A stretch of DNA of 64,000 bases from positions 1-64,000 of IMG/VR virus record IMGVR_UViG_3300021181_000008; one strand, given 5' to 3'. The DNA comes from a virus. Of this stretch, positions 43,700 to 54,800 are shown one piece after another. The position numbers and the translations under genes are program-made. Below the pieces are notes generated by a model. It was not told where the DNA came from. It ran no database searches and saw only the letters and a program-made list of their open reading frames with translations. Each line of letters opens with the position of its first letter. Position 1 is the stretch's first letter.

Positions 43700-46600
43700 T
43701 GGCACGGCTACTCGGCGAAGCCTATATCGCGATCCTTCCCCAGACTGACCAGTTCGGGTCGCAACTGCGCGCTGCGGTAGACAAGGACGCCGCCGCCGTC
43801 CGGCCCGAGGTGAATGTCGGGGCGCAGCTCAACAAGGCCGACGTCGCCAAGATCGGCACGCAGCTCAAGGCGGTCAGCAAGGCCAACCCGATCAATGTCG
43901 GGGTCAACCTGGACAAGTCTTCGGCCGCCCGTATGGTGGCGCAGCTCGCGGCCTACACCAAGGCCCACACAATCGACGTCGGCACGCGGCTGGACTCGGC
44001 CTCGCTCGGCAAGATGCAGACGCAGCTCCAGGCGTTCCTGTCCGGCAAGGATATGGAAGTGGGGCTCCAGCTCAATCCTGCCCAGCTCGCCAAGGTCCAG
44101 GGCACCTACGACGCGTTCGTCAAGGAACTGAACGCCGAGAAGGTCTCGCCCAACTGGAACATCCTGCCCGCACTCGGCAAGATGCAGATGCTCAAGACGG
44201 CCAACGCCTCGCTCGGGCAGTTCATCCAGGAACAGAACGCGCGCAACGATGTCAACCTGAACATCATGCCGGCGCTGGCCAAGATCGTCGCGCTCAAGGC
44301 CGCCGAGTCCACGCTGGACACCCACAACACGGGCACGATCGACCTCGCCAGCGGCGCTGGCCTTGCCACGACCACGGCGGGCGTCAACAGCTTCATGCGC
44401 GCCCTGATGAACCTCTCCACAGTGGAGAGCGACAACGACACGATCACTACGCGGATGGGCCGCAGCTACGGCATCTGGGGCGCGGCGATTTCCGCGCTGC
44501 AAGTTCACATCCCGCTGTTCGGCGGCGCGCTGAGCGCCCTGCACTTCCCCAACGTCATCGCGCAGGCGTCCGGCTGGCACATCCTGGCTGAGGCCGTCAT
44601 CGAGACTGCCGCCGTGTGGGGTCCGGCCGCTATCGCCATGGGCATCTTCGCGGCGGCGAGCTTCCAGGACGCCAAGCAGGTTGTCGCGCAGTGGAAGACC
44701 GTCCAGGCGGTCATGAGCGCCACTAACACGCCCATGGACGGGCTCACTACCGGCCTGACCAAGCTGTCGCAGGCGCTCAAGCCGGAGATCTGGGACGCTT
44801 TCGGCGCTGGCCTGACCGCGATCGAGACCAGCTCGGGCAAGCTGACCCCTGTGCTTCAGGGCATTGGACACCTGTTCGATGTGCTCGGCGCTCACATTGA
44901 CCAGCTCGTTCAGGGCGGCGGAGGCGGCTTCGCGAAGTTCATTCAGGGCGGCGCGAACGACCTTCACGAGCTGGGCGAGGCGTTCGGGAACGTCGGCAAG
45001 ATCCTCGCGATCTTCTTCGAGTCGGTGCCCGGCTACGCCACGATCCTGCTGCACCTCGGCACGGACATCCTGGGCGCTGCGGCCGACGTGCTCCAGTTCC
45101 TCCAGCCGCTCCTCAAGATCGGCCTTGCAGTTCACGGCGCGATCTTCTACCTCGGCCTCGCGTCCACCCTCTTCCTGACCTTCGGGCGCAACGCGCTGTC
45201 CGCAGGTGCCACCGTCGCTGAGACCGGCGCAAAGGTAGAGGGCAGCGGATCCAAGATCGCCATGCTCGGCACCGGCCTCGGCAACCTGGTCGGCGGCTTC
45301 GTCAACAGCGCCAAGTCAGCGGTCAACTGGGGCCGTGACCTCTCCAACGCGGGCGGCGCGATCTCGGAAGTCACCGGCAGCAGCCGGGTCGCGGGCATGG
45401 GCATCAAGCTCCTCGGCGACGCCGGGGCCGTGCTCGCTGACGTGCCGATTGCAGGCTGGGCAATCGCGGCGGCTGCGGCTATCGGCGTCGGGCTGTACTT
45501 CGCGCTGCGCTCGACCACCGACGCGATCCAGAAGATGGGTCAGGCTCTGGTCCAGTCGATCCAGAACTCCAACCCCAACACCATCTTCACGAACACCACC
45601 AACGCCGTCATCAAGACCGGCCAGGCGATCGAGAACCTGACCAACACCTACAACAAGCTGGCCAAGGCCGAGACGAGCGCGGCTGCGGTCGGGCCGTACA
45701 CGCCGGTCAAGGGCGGCGGGGCTGTCGGGCCGTACGGCAGCGGCACCGGGGCGAACAAGGGCGCAGGACCCAACAGCCAGCCGGTCTACCAGCCGTTCCC
45801 GGCGGCGGCGGTCCAGGAGTACGTCACCAACCTCCAGGACATCGCCAAGGCCGCCACCCCGGCCGCGCAGAACGAGCTGGCCGTGGCCAAGGCCGCCGGG
45901 GGCATGGGCAACGCGATCAGCGTGGCCACCGCGCTCGGCATCAAGTGGAACACGGTCAACACGGCGACGCCCAAGCAGCTCGCGGTGATCGTGCAGGAGA
46001 TCGACAACTACACCAAGGCTATTGGCTTCATGAGCAATAGCCAGGGGCAGGCTGCCTCCAACATCGCCGCGATGAACTTCGCTGCCTCAAGCCAGCTCAA
46101 GAACGTCCAGGCCCTCAACAGCGCGTGGGGCACGTACATCAGCACCGTTGAGGGCGGCGAGGCCGCGTTCGTCCCGTTCGAGCAGGGCATCCAGACGTTC
46201 GCCAAGGACGCCAAGGTCGCGGGCGCTTCCATGACGGGCCTGAACGCCCAGAGCCTCACCCTGCGCGGCGACTTCCAGTCGGTGTTCAGCGGAGCCCAGG
46301 CACAGGTCAGCGCGCTTACCACCTACACCGCGGCCACGGGCGGCGCGACGCAGGCGCAGAAGAACCTGGCCAACCAGGGCATCAAGGCCGTTATCCAGCA
46401 GCTCGTCCCCATGGCGGGCGCGAACGAGTCGGCCCGGGCGGGCATCGTGGCGCTGGCCCAGCGTGCGGACGGCTCGGTCAACACGTGGCAGAAGCTCACC
46501 AAGTGGCTTGGCAAGGGCGGTGCCGCCGGAGCCGCGCAGACTCTCCAGCACGTCAACGGCACGCTCGCCAGCTCGATCCAGAACGTCGTCTCGGTGGCCA

Positions 46601-48774
46601 ACGCGCTGACCGGGGCCATGCAGGCTACTGCCATCGCCGCCCAGGACAAGCTGGTGTTCGCGCTCGACGGCGGCGCGCAGAAGATGACCGCGTTCGGGCA
46701 CGCTCTGGCCTCCGCCAACGGGCAGCTCACCAAGGCCACGGTGCTCACGGGCACCCAGTACTACGACGCGCTCGTGCGCTCCGGCGTTGGCGCTGAGACC
46801 GCCCGGCAGATGACGCTGAGCATGGCGCACGCCCTCGGCATGAGCAGCCAGAACCTCAACGTACTGAACGCCGACCTGATCGCCAACCAGAACAAGCTCG
46901 ATGCTCAGGCTGCCGCCTCCAACCGCGCGGGCGCTGCGGCCAAGGCCGCCGCCTCGGCGTTCATGAGCTTCGCGACCGGCGCGCTGAAGATGACTTCCCA
47001 GCAGGTGACCACGCTGTGGAACAACATCAAGCAGCAGGATCTCGACATGGTGTCGGGCAAGGCCAACAACTCCAAGGCCGCGTTCATCAACTTCGCCGAG
47101 AACGGCCTGCACCTCTCCACCACCAAGGCGCAGGAACTGTGGGGGATGCTGCGGCAGCAGGGCCTCGACGTCCTCGCGAACAAGGCAACCACCACCAAGG
47201 GCCAGTTCGTCAACCTCGCCATGAACGGCCTGCACCTCACCAGCCAGCAGGCGAACGCCCTGTGGGGCGAGCTGCGTCTTCAGTACCTCGACACGATCGC
47301 CCAGAAGGGCGACGCGGCCAAGGCCAGCTTCATCAACCTCGCCAAGCAGGGCCTCGACCTCACCACCTCGCAGGCCAACACCCTGTGGAACACGCTGCGC
47401 AACCAGTACCTCGACACCCTGTCCTCCAAGGCGGGCGAGACCGAGAGCGCATTCGAGAAGACGGCCCGCCAGTTCGGGCTGAACAAGAGCGCGGCCGACG
47501 CTCTGTGGGGATCGCTGAAGAACCTGGCCGGCGGCTCGCCCTACAACGTGGCCGTGCAGGAACTCCTGTCCGGATCGGGCTCCATCTCGGCCAAGATCTC
47601 CGCTGCGGGCATCGTGCTCGGCGGTGGTGGTGGCGTGCTCACGCCCAAGGGTGCTAACCCCAAGACCAACCCGGCCATCGGCATCTCCCAGGACATTCAC
47701 GCTGCGGCCGGCGCATGGATCTCGGGCAACCACAGCAACACCGACTCCGTGCACGTCATGGCCAAGCCGGGTGAGCTGATCGTCCCGCCGCAGCACGCGG
47801 CGTCCGTGGCTAACCACATGGCCGCAGGCGGCTACAAGGTGCCGGGCTTCGCCTCGGGCGGCCTCATCGGAGAGCAGCCCATCATCTCGTCGGGCAACGT
47901 CAACGCGACCAAGGGCGTCGAGAACGACGTCGTTCAGTTCGCCCAGGCGGTCAACGCCCAGTTCTCGAACGTCACCTCGTCTGCTCTCTCGGCAGCTCAG
48001 GCGTCGGCTGAGGGCGGACCCGATGGCGGACCGCTCGGGCCGGCCGGTGCTGGCGAGATGGCGAACGGCGCGGCGATCTTCAAGTACCTGGAGTCGTACG
48101 CCAAGATGACGCCGATCGCGGCGGCCGGAGCTATCGCCTCCATCTGGGGTGAGTCCACCTGGAACCCGATGGCACAGGGCACAGGCGGTCGTGGTCTGAT
48201 CGGCTGGACTCCGGCGGGCACGATTTCCAACGCGGCATTCCAGGGCGGCCTGTCCACCCAGCTCCCGATGATCATCAAGTTCATCTCGACGTCGGGTGAC
48301 TGGGGCGTCATCAGCGAGATGAACCGGGCGACCTCGGTTCTGGAGGCTGCGAACGAGTGGGGCAAGGGCGTCGAGCGCTACGGCATCAACGACGTGCACC
48401 CCGAGGGCCTCGCGCTGGCGACGTCCATTATGAACAGCAACGGCAAGGCCGCTCCCGCTCAGGCAGCAGCCAACGCCATCGGCAAGGCATCGCAGGTCAA
48501 GCCGTTCAGCGCGGGCGGCACGATCTCGGAGCCCGTCCTGGGATTCGGCGTCAACTCCGGCGTGCCGTACAGCTTCGCCGAGAACGGCCCCGAGATGGTC
48601 AGCCCCGGACACAACACCGGAGGCGACAACTTCATGCAGCCGATGACGCAGGCGCAGGGACAGCAGCTTATCGGACTGCTCCAGACGCTCGCCAACCAGG
48701 GACAGCAGCAGCCTTACAACCTCGCCAAGGCAATCAACGGCGGGGTGGGCGCTGGCATGCGATCGAAGCGGTGA
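43699..48774 (+). CDS. Tape measure protein with C-terminal lysozyme-like domain
   Basis: 1691 aa Ala/Gly-rich helical protein; LGEAYI.I.P start; AAAGAIASIWGES..GLIGWT; FAENGPE. Confidence 0.9.
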   Translation: MARLLGEAYIAILPQTDQFGSQLRAAVDKDAAAVRPEVNVGAQLNKADVAKIGTQLKAVSKANPINVGVNLDKSSAARMVAQLAAYTKAHTIDVGTRLDSASLGKMQTQLQAFLSGKDMEVGLQLNPAQLAKVQGTYDAFVKELNAEKVSPNWNILPALGKMQMLKTANASLGQFIQEQNARNDVNLNIMPALAKIVALKAAESTLDTHNTGTIDLASGAGLATTTAGVNSFMRALMNLSTVESDNDTITTRMGRSYGIWGAAISALQVHIPLFGGALSALHFPNVIAQASGWHILAEAVIETAAVWGPAAIAMGIFAAASFQDAKQVVAQWKTVQAVMSATNTPMDGLTTGLTKLSQALKPEIWDAFGAGLTAIETSSGKLTPVLQGIGHLFDVLGAHIDQLVQGGGGGFAKFIQGGANDLHELGEAFGNVGKILAIFFESVPGYATILLHLGTDILGAAADVLQFLQPLLKIGLAVHGAIFYLGLASTLFLTFGRNALSAGATVAETGAKVEGSGSKIAMLGTGLGNLVGGFVNSAKSAVNWGRDLSNAGGAISEVTGSSRVAGMGIKLLGDAGAVLADVPIAGWAIAAAAAIGVGLYFALRSTTDAIQKMGQALVQSIQNSNPNTIFTNTTNAVIKTGQAIENLTNTYNKLAKAETSAAAVGPYTPVKGGGAVGPYGSGTGANKGAGPNSQPVYQPFPAAAVQEYVTNLQDIAKAATPAAQNELAVAKAAGGMGNAISVATALGIKWNTVNTATPKQLAVIVQEIDNYTKAIGFMSNSQGQAASNIAAMNFAASSQLKNVQALNSAWGTYISTVEGGEAAFVPFEQGIQTFAKDAKVAGASMTGLNAQSLTLRGDFQSVFSGAQAQVSALTTYTAATGGATQAQKNLANQGIKAVIQQLVPMAGANESARAGIVALAQRADGSVNTWQKLTKWLGKGGAAGAAQTLQHVNGTLASSIQNVVSVANALTGAMQATAIAAQDKLVFALDGGAQKMTAFGHALASANGQLTKATVLTGTQYYDALVRSGVGAETARQMTLSMAHALGMSSQNLNVLNADLIANQNKLDAQAAASNRAGAAAKAAASAFMSFATGALKMTSQQVTTLWNNIKQQDLDMVSGKANNSKAAFINFAENGLHLSTTKAQELWGMLRQQGLDVLANKATTTKGQFVNLAMNGLHLTSQQANALWGELRLQYLDTIAQKGDAAKASFINLAKQGLDLTTSQANTLWNTLRNQYLDTLSSKAGETESAFEKTARQFGLNKSAADALWGSLKNLAGGSPYNVAVQELLSGSGSISAKISAAGIVLGGGGGVLTPKGANPKTNPAIGISQDIHAAAGAWISGNHSNTDSVHVMAKPGELIVPPQHAASVANHMAAGGYKVPGFASGGLIGEQPIISSGNVNATKGVENDVVQFAQAVNAQFSNVTSSALSAAQASAEGGPDGGPLGPAGAGEMANGAAIFKYLESYAKMTPIAAAGAIASIWGESTWNPMAQGTGGRGLIGWTPAGTISNAAFQGGLSTQLPMIIKFISTSGDWGVISEMNRATSVLEAANEWGKGVERYGINDVHPEGLALATSIMNSNGKAAPAQAAANAIGKASQVKPFSAGGTISEPVLGFGVNSGVPYSFAENGPEMVSPGHNTGGDNFMQPMTQAQGQQLIGLLQTLANQGQQQPYNLAKAINGGVGAGMRSKR

Positions 48775-48861
48775 CCTTTACCCATTCGGGCTGAGCTAGT
48801 AGGCTGCGCGTGAAGGGAGCGCCCAGTTCGCTGAGGTTGGCCCAGGCAGGCATTTGGAGGC

Positions 48862-51800
48862 TTGGTGGCAGCGTACTCGGGCACGGGTAATTACCCGTAC
48901 TGGCTCAGCATTCAGGGCGATGGCGTCCATGCGAATCCTGGCATGCAGGGTGAGCAGATTCCCGTCACCGCTGGAGTTTCCTATACCGCGACGGCAGTTG
49001 CCGAGTTCCTCGCGCTGTTCAACGCTGGCATCAACCTCACCCTGACGTTCTTCTCGGCGACGAACACGCAGACCGGCACCGTCACCGCAAACTCGGGCTC
49101 GATGGCAGCCGGGGCGATGGTCACCTGGTCAACCGGGGCCACCGCAGCTCCGGCCTCTTCCGTCTACGCTGTCTGCACCGTCACCGCCGCCGGAACTCCG
49201 GCCGCCGCCAACACCTTCGCGGTCTTCCAGGCCCAGGTGATCGACCAGAACAACGTCTTCGTCAACTTCAACTACGCGTTCACCTACACCGCGTTCCCGT
49301 GGACGCCGACCAACACCACGAACACCGTCACCTGGCAGTACAGCCCGATCATCGCGCAGGACAGCGACTCGCTGGTGCTCAGCGACACGATCGAAGTCAT
49401 GGGCGGCGTGCAGGGCGTGCCCTCCCAGATCCCGTTCCTGCTCGACTCCAACGGCGTCGGCCCCACCTACCGCATCCTCGCGCCGCCGTCCATGAACTCC
49501 GCTGCGTTCGGCTACGAGGCATCGTACGACCTGAACGCGCCGCAGCCCACGCAGGACGTCGTGGCCTCCATGCTGCTCGACGGGGAGCGCCCGTTCGGCT
49601 ACCGCGCCAGCAACCGCACCATCAGCCTGCCCATCATCATCTTCGGCACGGTGGCCGGGGGCATGAACCAGGTGCTGGCCGCGCGTGAGTACCTGATGGC
49701 GCTCATCGACCAGCAGACGTGGCAGATCAAGTGGACCTCGGCCGACAGCGGCCTGCCCATGGTCTTCGACTGCTTCCGCGCGCTCCCCAGCACCCCGCTG
49801 TACGGCTTCAACTACAGCCAGGGTGGCAGCGCGAGCAACTCAGCCATCGGCAAGGCCAACTACCCGATCGCGATGATCACGCTCACGATCCAGGCGCTCC
49901 CGTACGGGCGCAGCGACGTGGACGGCATCCAGGATCTGGCGTTCGCGGCTCCGCTGCTCAACAAGGCGACGCCCGCTACCGCAGTGACGCTCGACAACTA
50001 CACCGTGAACACCGGGGGCATCCGCCGCGTCGCCACCGGCACCGTGAACTCCGCTACCTCCCTCGCCATCCCGCTCACCCTCGGCCCCGTGCCCAAGGGC
50101 GACGGAGTTGTGGTCGCGGTCACCGCCCCGAACGCCACGGGGCAGACGATTACCTGCGTGGACTCGCGGAACAACCCCTACACGCTGACCAAGACCGAGC
50201 AGAATGCCAGCGCCCCGGCCACCAGCCTGTGGGTCTTCACCTCCCCGGCCATCAAGAACGGCCTGACGCCCAGCGTTGACTCGTTCACGATCACGACGAA
50301 CAACAGCCAGAACATGGCCGCGAACGTCATGGGAGTGAACGGCCTTGCCAGCGTGGACGTGGCCGGCACCAACGGCACAACCGGCTCCAGCGCCTCGCCC
50401 GCAGTGTCCTCCAACAAGAGCGCCGAGTCCAGCACCTACTGCCTCGCCCTGTTCTCGAACAACAACACCAAGGTCGCGGGCACGCCCGCCGGATTCACCG
50501 CGTCGGTCGGTAACGCCATCAACGGCTCTGCGGAAGTGGCTGGCTTCTGGAATCTAGGCAACGGCACCAACACCCAGACCGCCACGTCCTCGTACTCCGG
50601 CAGCTCGCCGTACGCAGCCTGCATGCTGGTGATGGCCATCGCGCCGGGCTCGACGTGGAACCTGGAGTCCCAGTACGCAGCCGTCGCCGGCACGTCCGCC
50701 GCGCACTACGCCACGCCAATCCCGATGCACATGCCGTGGCCGGCCGCCAACTACACCGGCCTGTTCGCCACGCCCCAGTCGATCGTGGGCCTGAGCACCC
50801 TGTCCCTGTGGTTCGGGCAGGCGTACGACACGCAGTGGCCCAAGGACCCGAAGTTCATCTCGAACGTCACCCTGTCGTGGGTTCTGACCGACACCAGCGG
50901 GCGCACGCTCAAGTTCAGCTCGACCACCAAGAGCGTCACGTACGGCACGACCCCCACGACGCCCAAGTGGACGCAGATCAACACCACGATCCCGCAGGGC
51001 AGCCAGAAGTTCAGCTACGACTCCGTGCTGAGCTACACCCTGTCCGTCTCGAACTGGTCGGGCTCCGGCGCTACCGGCTACGTGCGCATGCACTGCTGGC
51101 TTAACCAGCTCGTCGCCAACCCGCAGACGGTGGCCAACCAGATCTCTCCGCGGGGAACCGTCTACAACCTGTTCGGCCTGCCGGGCTCGGCCCGCGCTCC
51201 CATCAACGTGCAGTGCCAGCTCCCGGCCGCGCAGCAGATGGTGCAGGAGATCACCAGCCCGGCAACTGGCAACTGGGTCACGCCGCCGGGCGTCTACCAG
51301 GTGCAGGCAGAGTGCTTCGCGGGCGGCGGCGCGGGCGGGTCGGCCCTGTCCTACGACGGCTTCATCGCCCTGTACCAGCCGCTCGGGTGGTGGAAGCTGT
51401 CCGCGAGCGCCGGCGACTCGTCCTCCGGCAACCACCCCGGCACCGGCACGTCCGTCACCTTCAGCCAGGTGAACTCTGCCGTCGTGGGCAACGACTCGAC
51501 GAGCTTCAACGGCACCTCGTCCGAGGTGAACATCCCCTTCCAGGTCTCCGGCCTCAAGCGGATGACCATCTCGGGCTGGATCAACTGCAACAACGTCTCG
51601 GAGGGCGCGTTCGCGTCGCTCATCGCCAACGCCAACAGCGCGAGCGGTGACAACTCCGGCTGGAACATGTACATCAGCAGCACCGCGCCATACACTCTCA
51701 CCGCAGCGGTCGGCAATGGCACCACGATCGGGTCGGCTAGCGCCGCGTCGGTCATCCCGGCCACCGGCTGGACGCACTGCGCGTTCACATGGGACGGCGC

Positions 51801-54800
51801 GACGGTGAGGCTGTACGTCAACGGCCTCCAGGTGGCCACGGCGGCGCTCACGGGCGCGCTCGGCCTCGGCAAGGCCAACAAGATCGGCATCGGGTACAAC
51901 CCTGAGTCCGTCTCGAACTTCTTCGCGGGGCTGATGCAGGAGTTCAGCATCCTGCCGACCGTGCTCAACGCCGCCCAGATGCTGGCTCTCGCGAACGCGG
52001 GCGCGGCCATCGGCGGCGGGGGCGGCGGCGGGGAGTACGCCTGCGAGCCCGTCCTGAACGTCATGCCCGGCATCGCGGTCCCGTGGTCGATCGGCGCGGG
52101 CGGCCAGCCGGCCCAGATCTCGAACACGGTGGTGCAGTTCACCAACCCCGGCCTGTCCCACTGGACCTGCCCGCCCAATGTCACCCAGGTACTCGCCGAG
52201 GTGTGGGGCGCGGGCGCGGCCGGAGCTGCCGGTGGCGGTGGCGGCGGCGGAGGCGGCTACAGCCAGATCCTCCAGACCGTCGTCCCCGGCACGACCTACA
52301 ACCTCTGGTGCGGCAACGGCGGCAAGCCGGACACCGGCACCTCGTCTGCCCAGGTGGCGTCCCGAGCTGGTCAGGGCTCTTGGTTCGGCCCGCCCGGATC
52401 CACGGTCGGCAGCCAGGCGTTCACGTCCACCCTCGGCGGCTCCAGCGGTATCACAGGTGGTACCAGCGGCGGCTACGGCGCGGTTGCTCCCGGCCATGAC
52501 GCCATCGGCAGCATCGTGTGGCCGGGCGGGCGCGGCGGCGGCTCTCCGGGTCCTGCGGGCGGCGGCGGCGGTGGCGCGGCGGGCCTGCTCGGTCCGGGCG
52601 GTGTCGGCGGCGCGAGTCCCGCGTCCTCGATCGGCGGCAAGTGGGTCGGCGCGGGCACGGGCGGCACAGGCACCGGCCAAGGGGGCAACGGCGGCGCTGG
52701 AGCGCCTGAGCCGGGCTTCCCGGTAGTCGGGCAGGCACCGGGCGGCGGTGGCGGTGGCGGCTACACCAGCGTCCCTCTGGTGACCACCACGGCTGCGTCC
52801 AAGGCCACCAGCTCAGCGGCCCAGGTGAACTACCTCGGCGCTGCCGGCGCTAACGGCATGGTGCAGCTCACCTACTCGGTCAACACCAACGCCGCGACCA
52901 ACGGCGGCGCTACCACCTTCGGCACCGTGCCCACCACCGGCACCATCGTGTCCGCGAATGGCGGCGTCGCGGCTGCGGCCAACTCGGCGGCGGGCGCGGC
53001 GGGCGGCTCGGGCAGCTCGAACTTTATCCACAACAACGGCGGCATGGGCGCGCTCGACCTGAACACCGCGCAGGGCTCCTGGATGAAGTCCCCGGCGGTC
53101 AGCGGCGTCGGCACCATGCAGTCCCTCGCGAGCACGACGTACACCACCAGCGTTGGCACCACCAGCGCGTCGTCGTCCTCGTGCGCCCTGGGCGCTGCGC
53201 TCGTGCTGATCGAGTCCAGCACGTTCGTCGGCGACATCCAGGTCACGGACAGCGCGGGCAACATCTACGACCTGGTGGACTCCGCTCAGGCCGGCGCGTC
53301 GGGCACGCAGTGCGCGGTGTACGCGTTCACGGCCAACATCGAGTTCCCGATCACGACCTCGACGACATTGACCGTCAGTTCGAATACCTCCCAGCAGTAC
53401 GGCGTGCTCTGGTTCGCATCTCCATTCATGCTGGCCGGCGCGGACACCGCGAACCTGAACCAGAACAACGGCAACGGCACCACGGCCAGCGGCCAGTTCG
53501 GCATCACGGACACGGAGTCGGTCGTCTACCAGGTGGCCGTCGCGGTGAACGACTCCACCTCGGCCTACACCGTCGCGAACAGCAACATCACCTGGTACCC
53601 GCTGGCCTCAACCAACACGGTGACCGCAGGCGTGATGCGCATGGACGCGTTCGTCATGCTCAACCAGGCTGGCGGCACGGGCGCGGCGAACTCCGGGGAC
53701 ACCTTCAGCGCCACGCTGACCACTGGCAACTGGGCCGTGCTGTGCGTCCCCATGCTGGCCGCCAACCAGGTAGACGCCATGGTCACCATGGACTGGAAGG
53801 CTGGGACTACTCCAGGTGCTACCACCTCCTGGACGAGCTTCGCCAACATGTCCGCCAACGGTATGATCGCCGTGCTCGGAGTCTGCGGCTCGGGCTCGAC
53901 CATCACTGGCGGCCCGTCTGCCATGTCGGACGCGGCGGGCAACACGTACACCCTCCAGGAGACGCTCACCCTACCGTCCAACCTGGGCGCGATGTTCGCG
54001 TTCACGGCTCCGGTGACGCACGCCGTCTCGGCTGGCACCACCGGCTCGATCGCCTGGGGCCACGCCTCGGCCGCGCCGGAGTACACGGTCTACATGTGGT
54101 GGCTGCCGAACGTGGTTGGCCTTGACGCGAACGGCGTCAGCGGAGTCACCGGAGCGGCGGCGACATCAGGGGCGGCCACTTACACTCCGCGGGCGGCCGG
54201 GGACATGGCCGTGTCGTTCGTCGGTAACGCGACTACCGCGACGCAGAACTTCAACGACCAGACCGGGCCGTGGAACTCCATGACCAAGGGCGGCCAGGCT
54301 TACCTCTGGGGTGCGACGTACGCCTCGCAGATGGTAGAGAACAACACCATGACCAGCTCGCCCTCATGGAGCGCGTCCGCACCGTTCGGGATCATCAACC
54401 TGGGCTTCACGAACGTCTCCATCGGTGGCGGCGGAGGAGCTGCGGGCGGTCCGTACGGCCCTGGCTACCCGGCGACCACGTGGCAGTTCGGCGGTCCCGC
54501 GTACGCAGGCGGCGGCAAGGGCGGACAGGGCGCGGGCAACGCTAACGCTCCTGGCGGCGGCGCTGGCCTACCTGGCGGCGGTGGTGCGGGCGGCTACTCC
54601 GGCAGCCTGTCCAGCACGCCTGAGATCGGCGGCACGGGCGGCGCTGGTATGGTCCGGCTAACCTGGGAACCGCCTCTCCAGGTGTTCAACTCCCTGATCG
54701 TGCACCGGCCGGGGCAGGGCGCTACGCCGAACCTGTGCCCCATCTGCCCGATCCCGATCACGGACATCCCGAACAACACCGAGTACGTCATGCCGTCACT

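Noticed and set aside
46087-52680. Very long antisense ORFs (841 aa, 708 aa) and similar ones elsewhere such as 11985-13379
   Set aside because: Expected shadow frames of high-GC3 coding genes; no motifs or RBS
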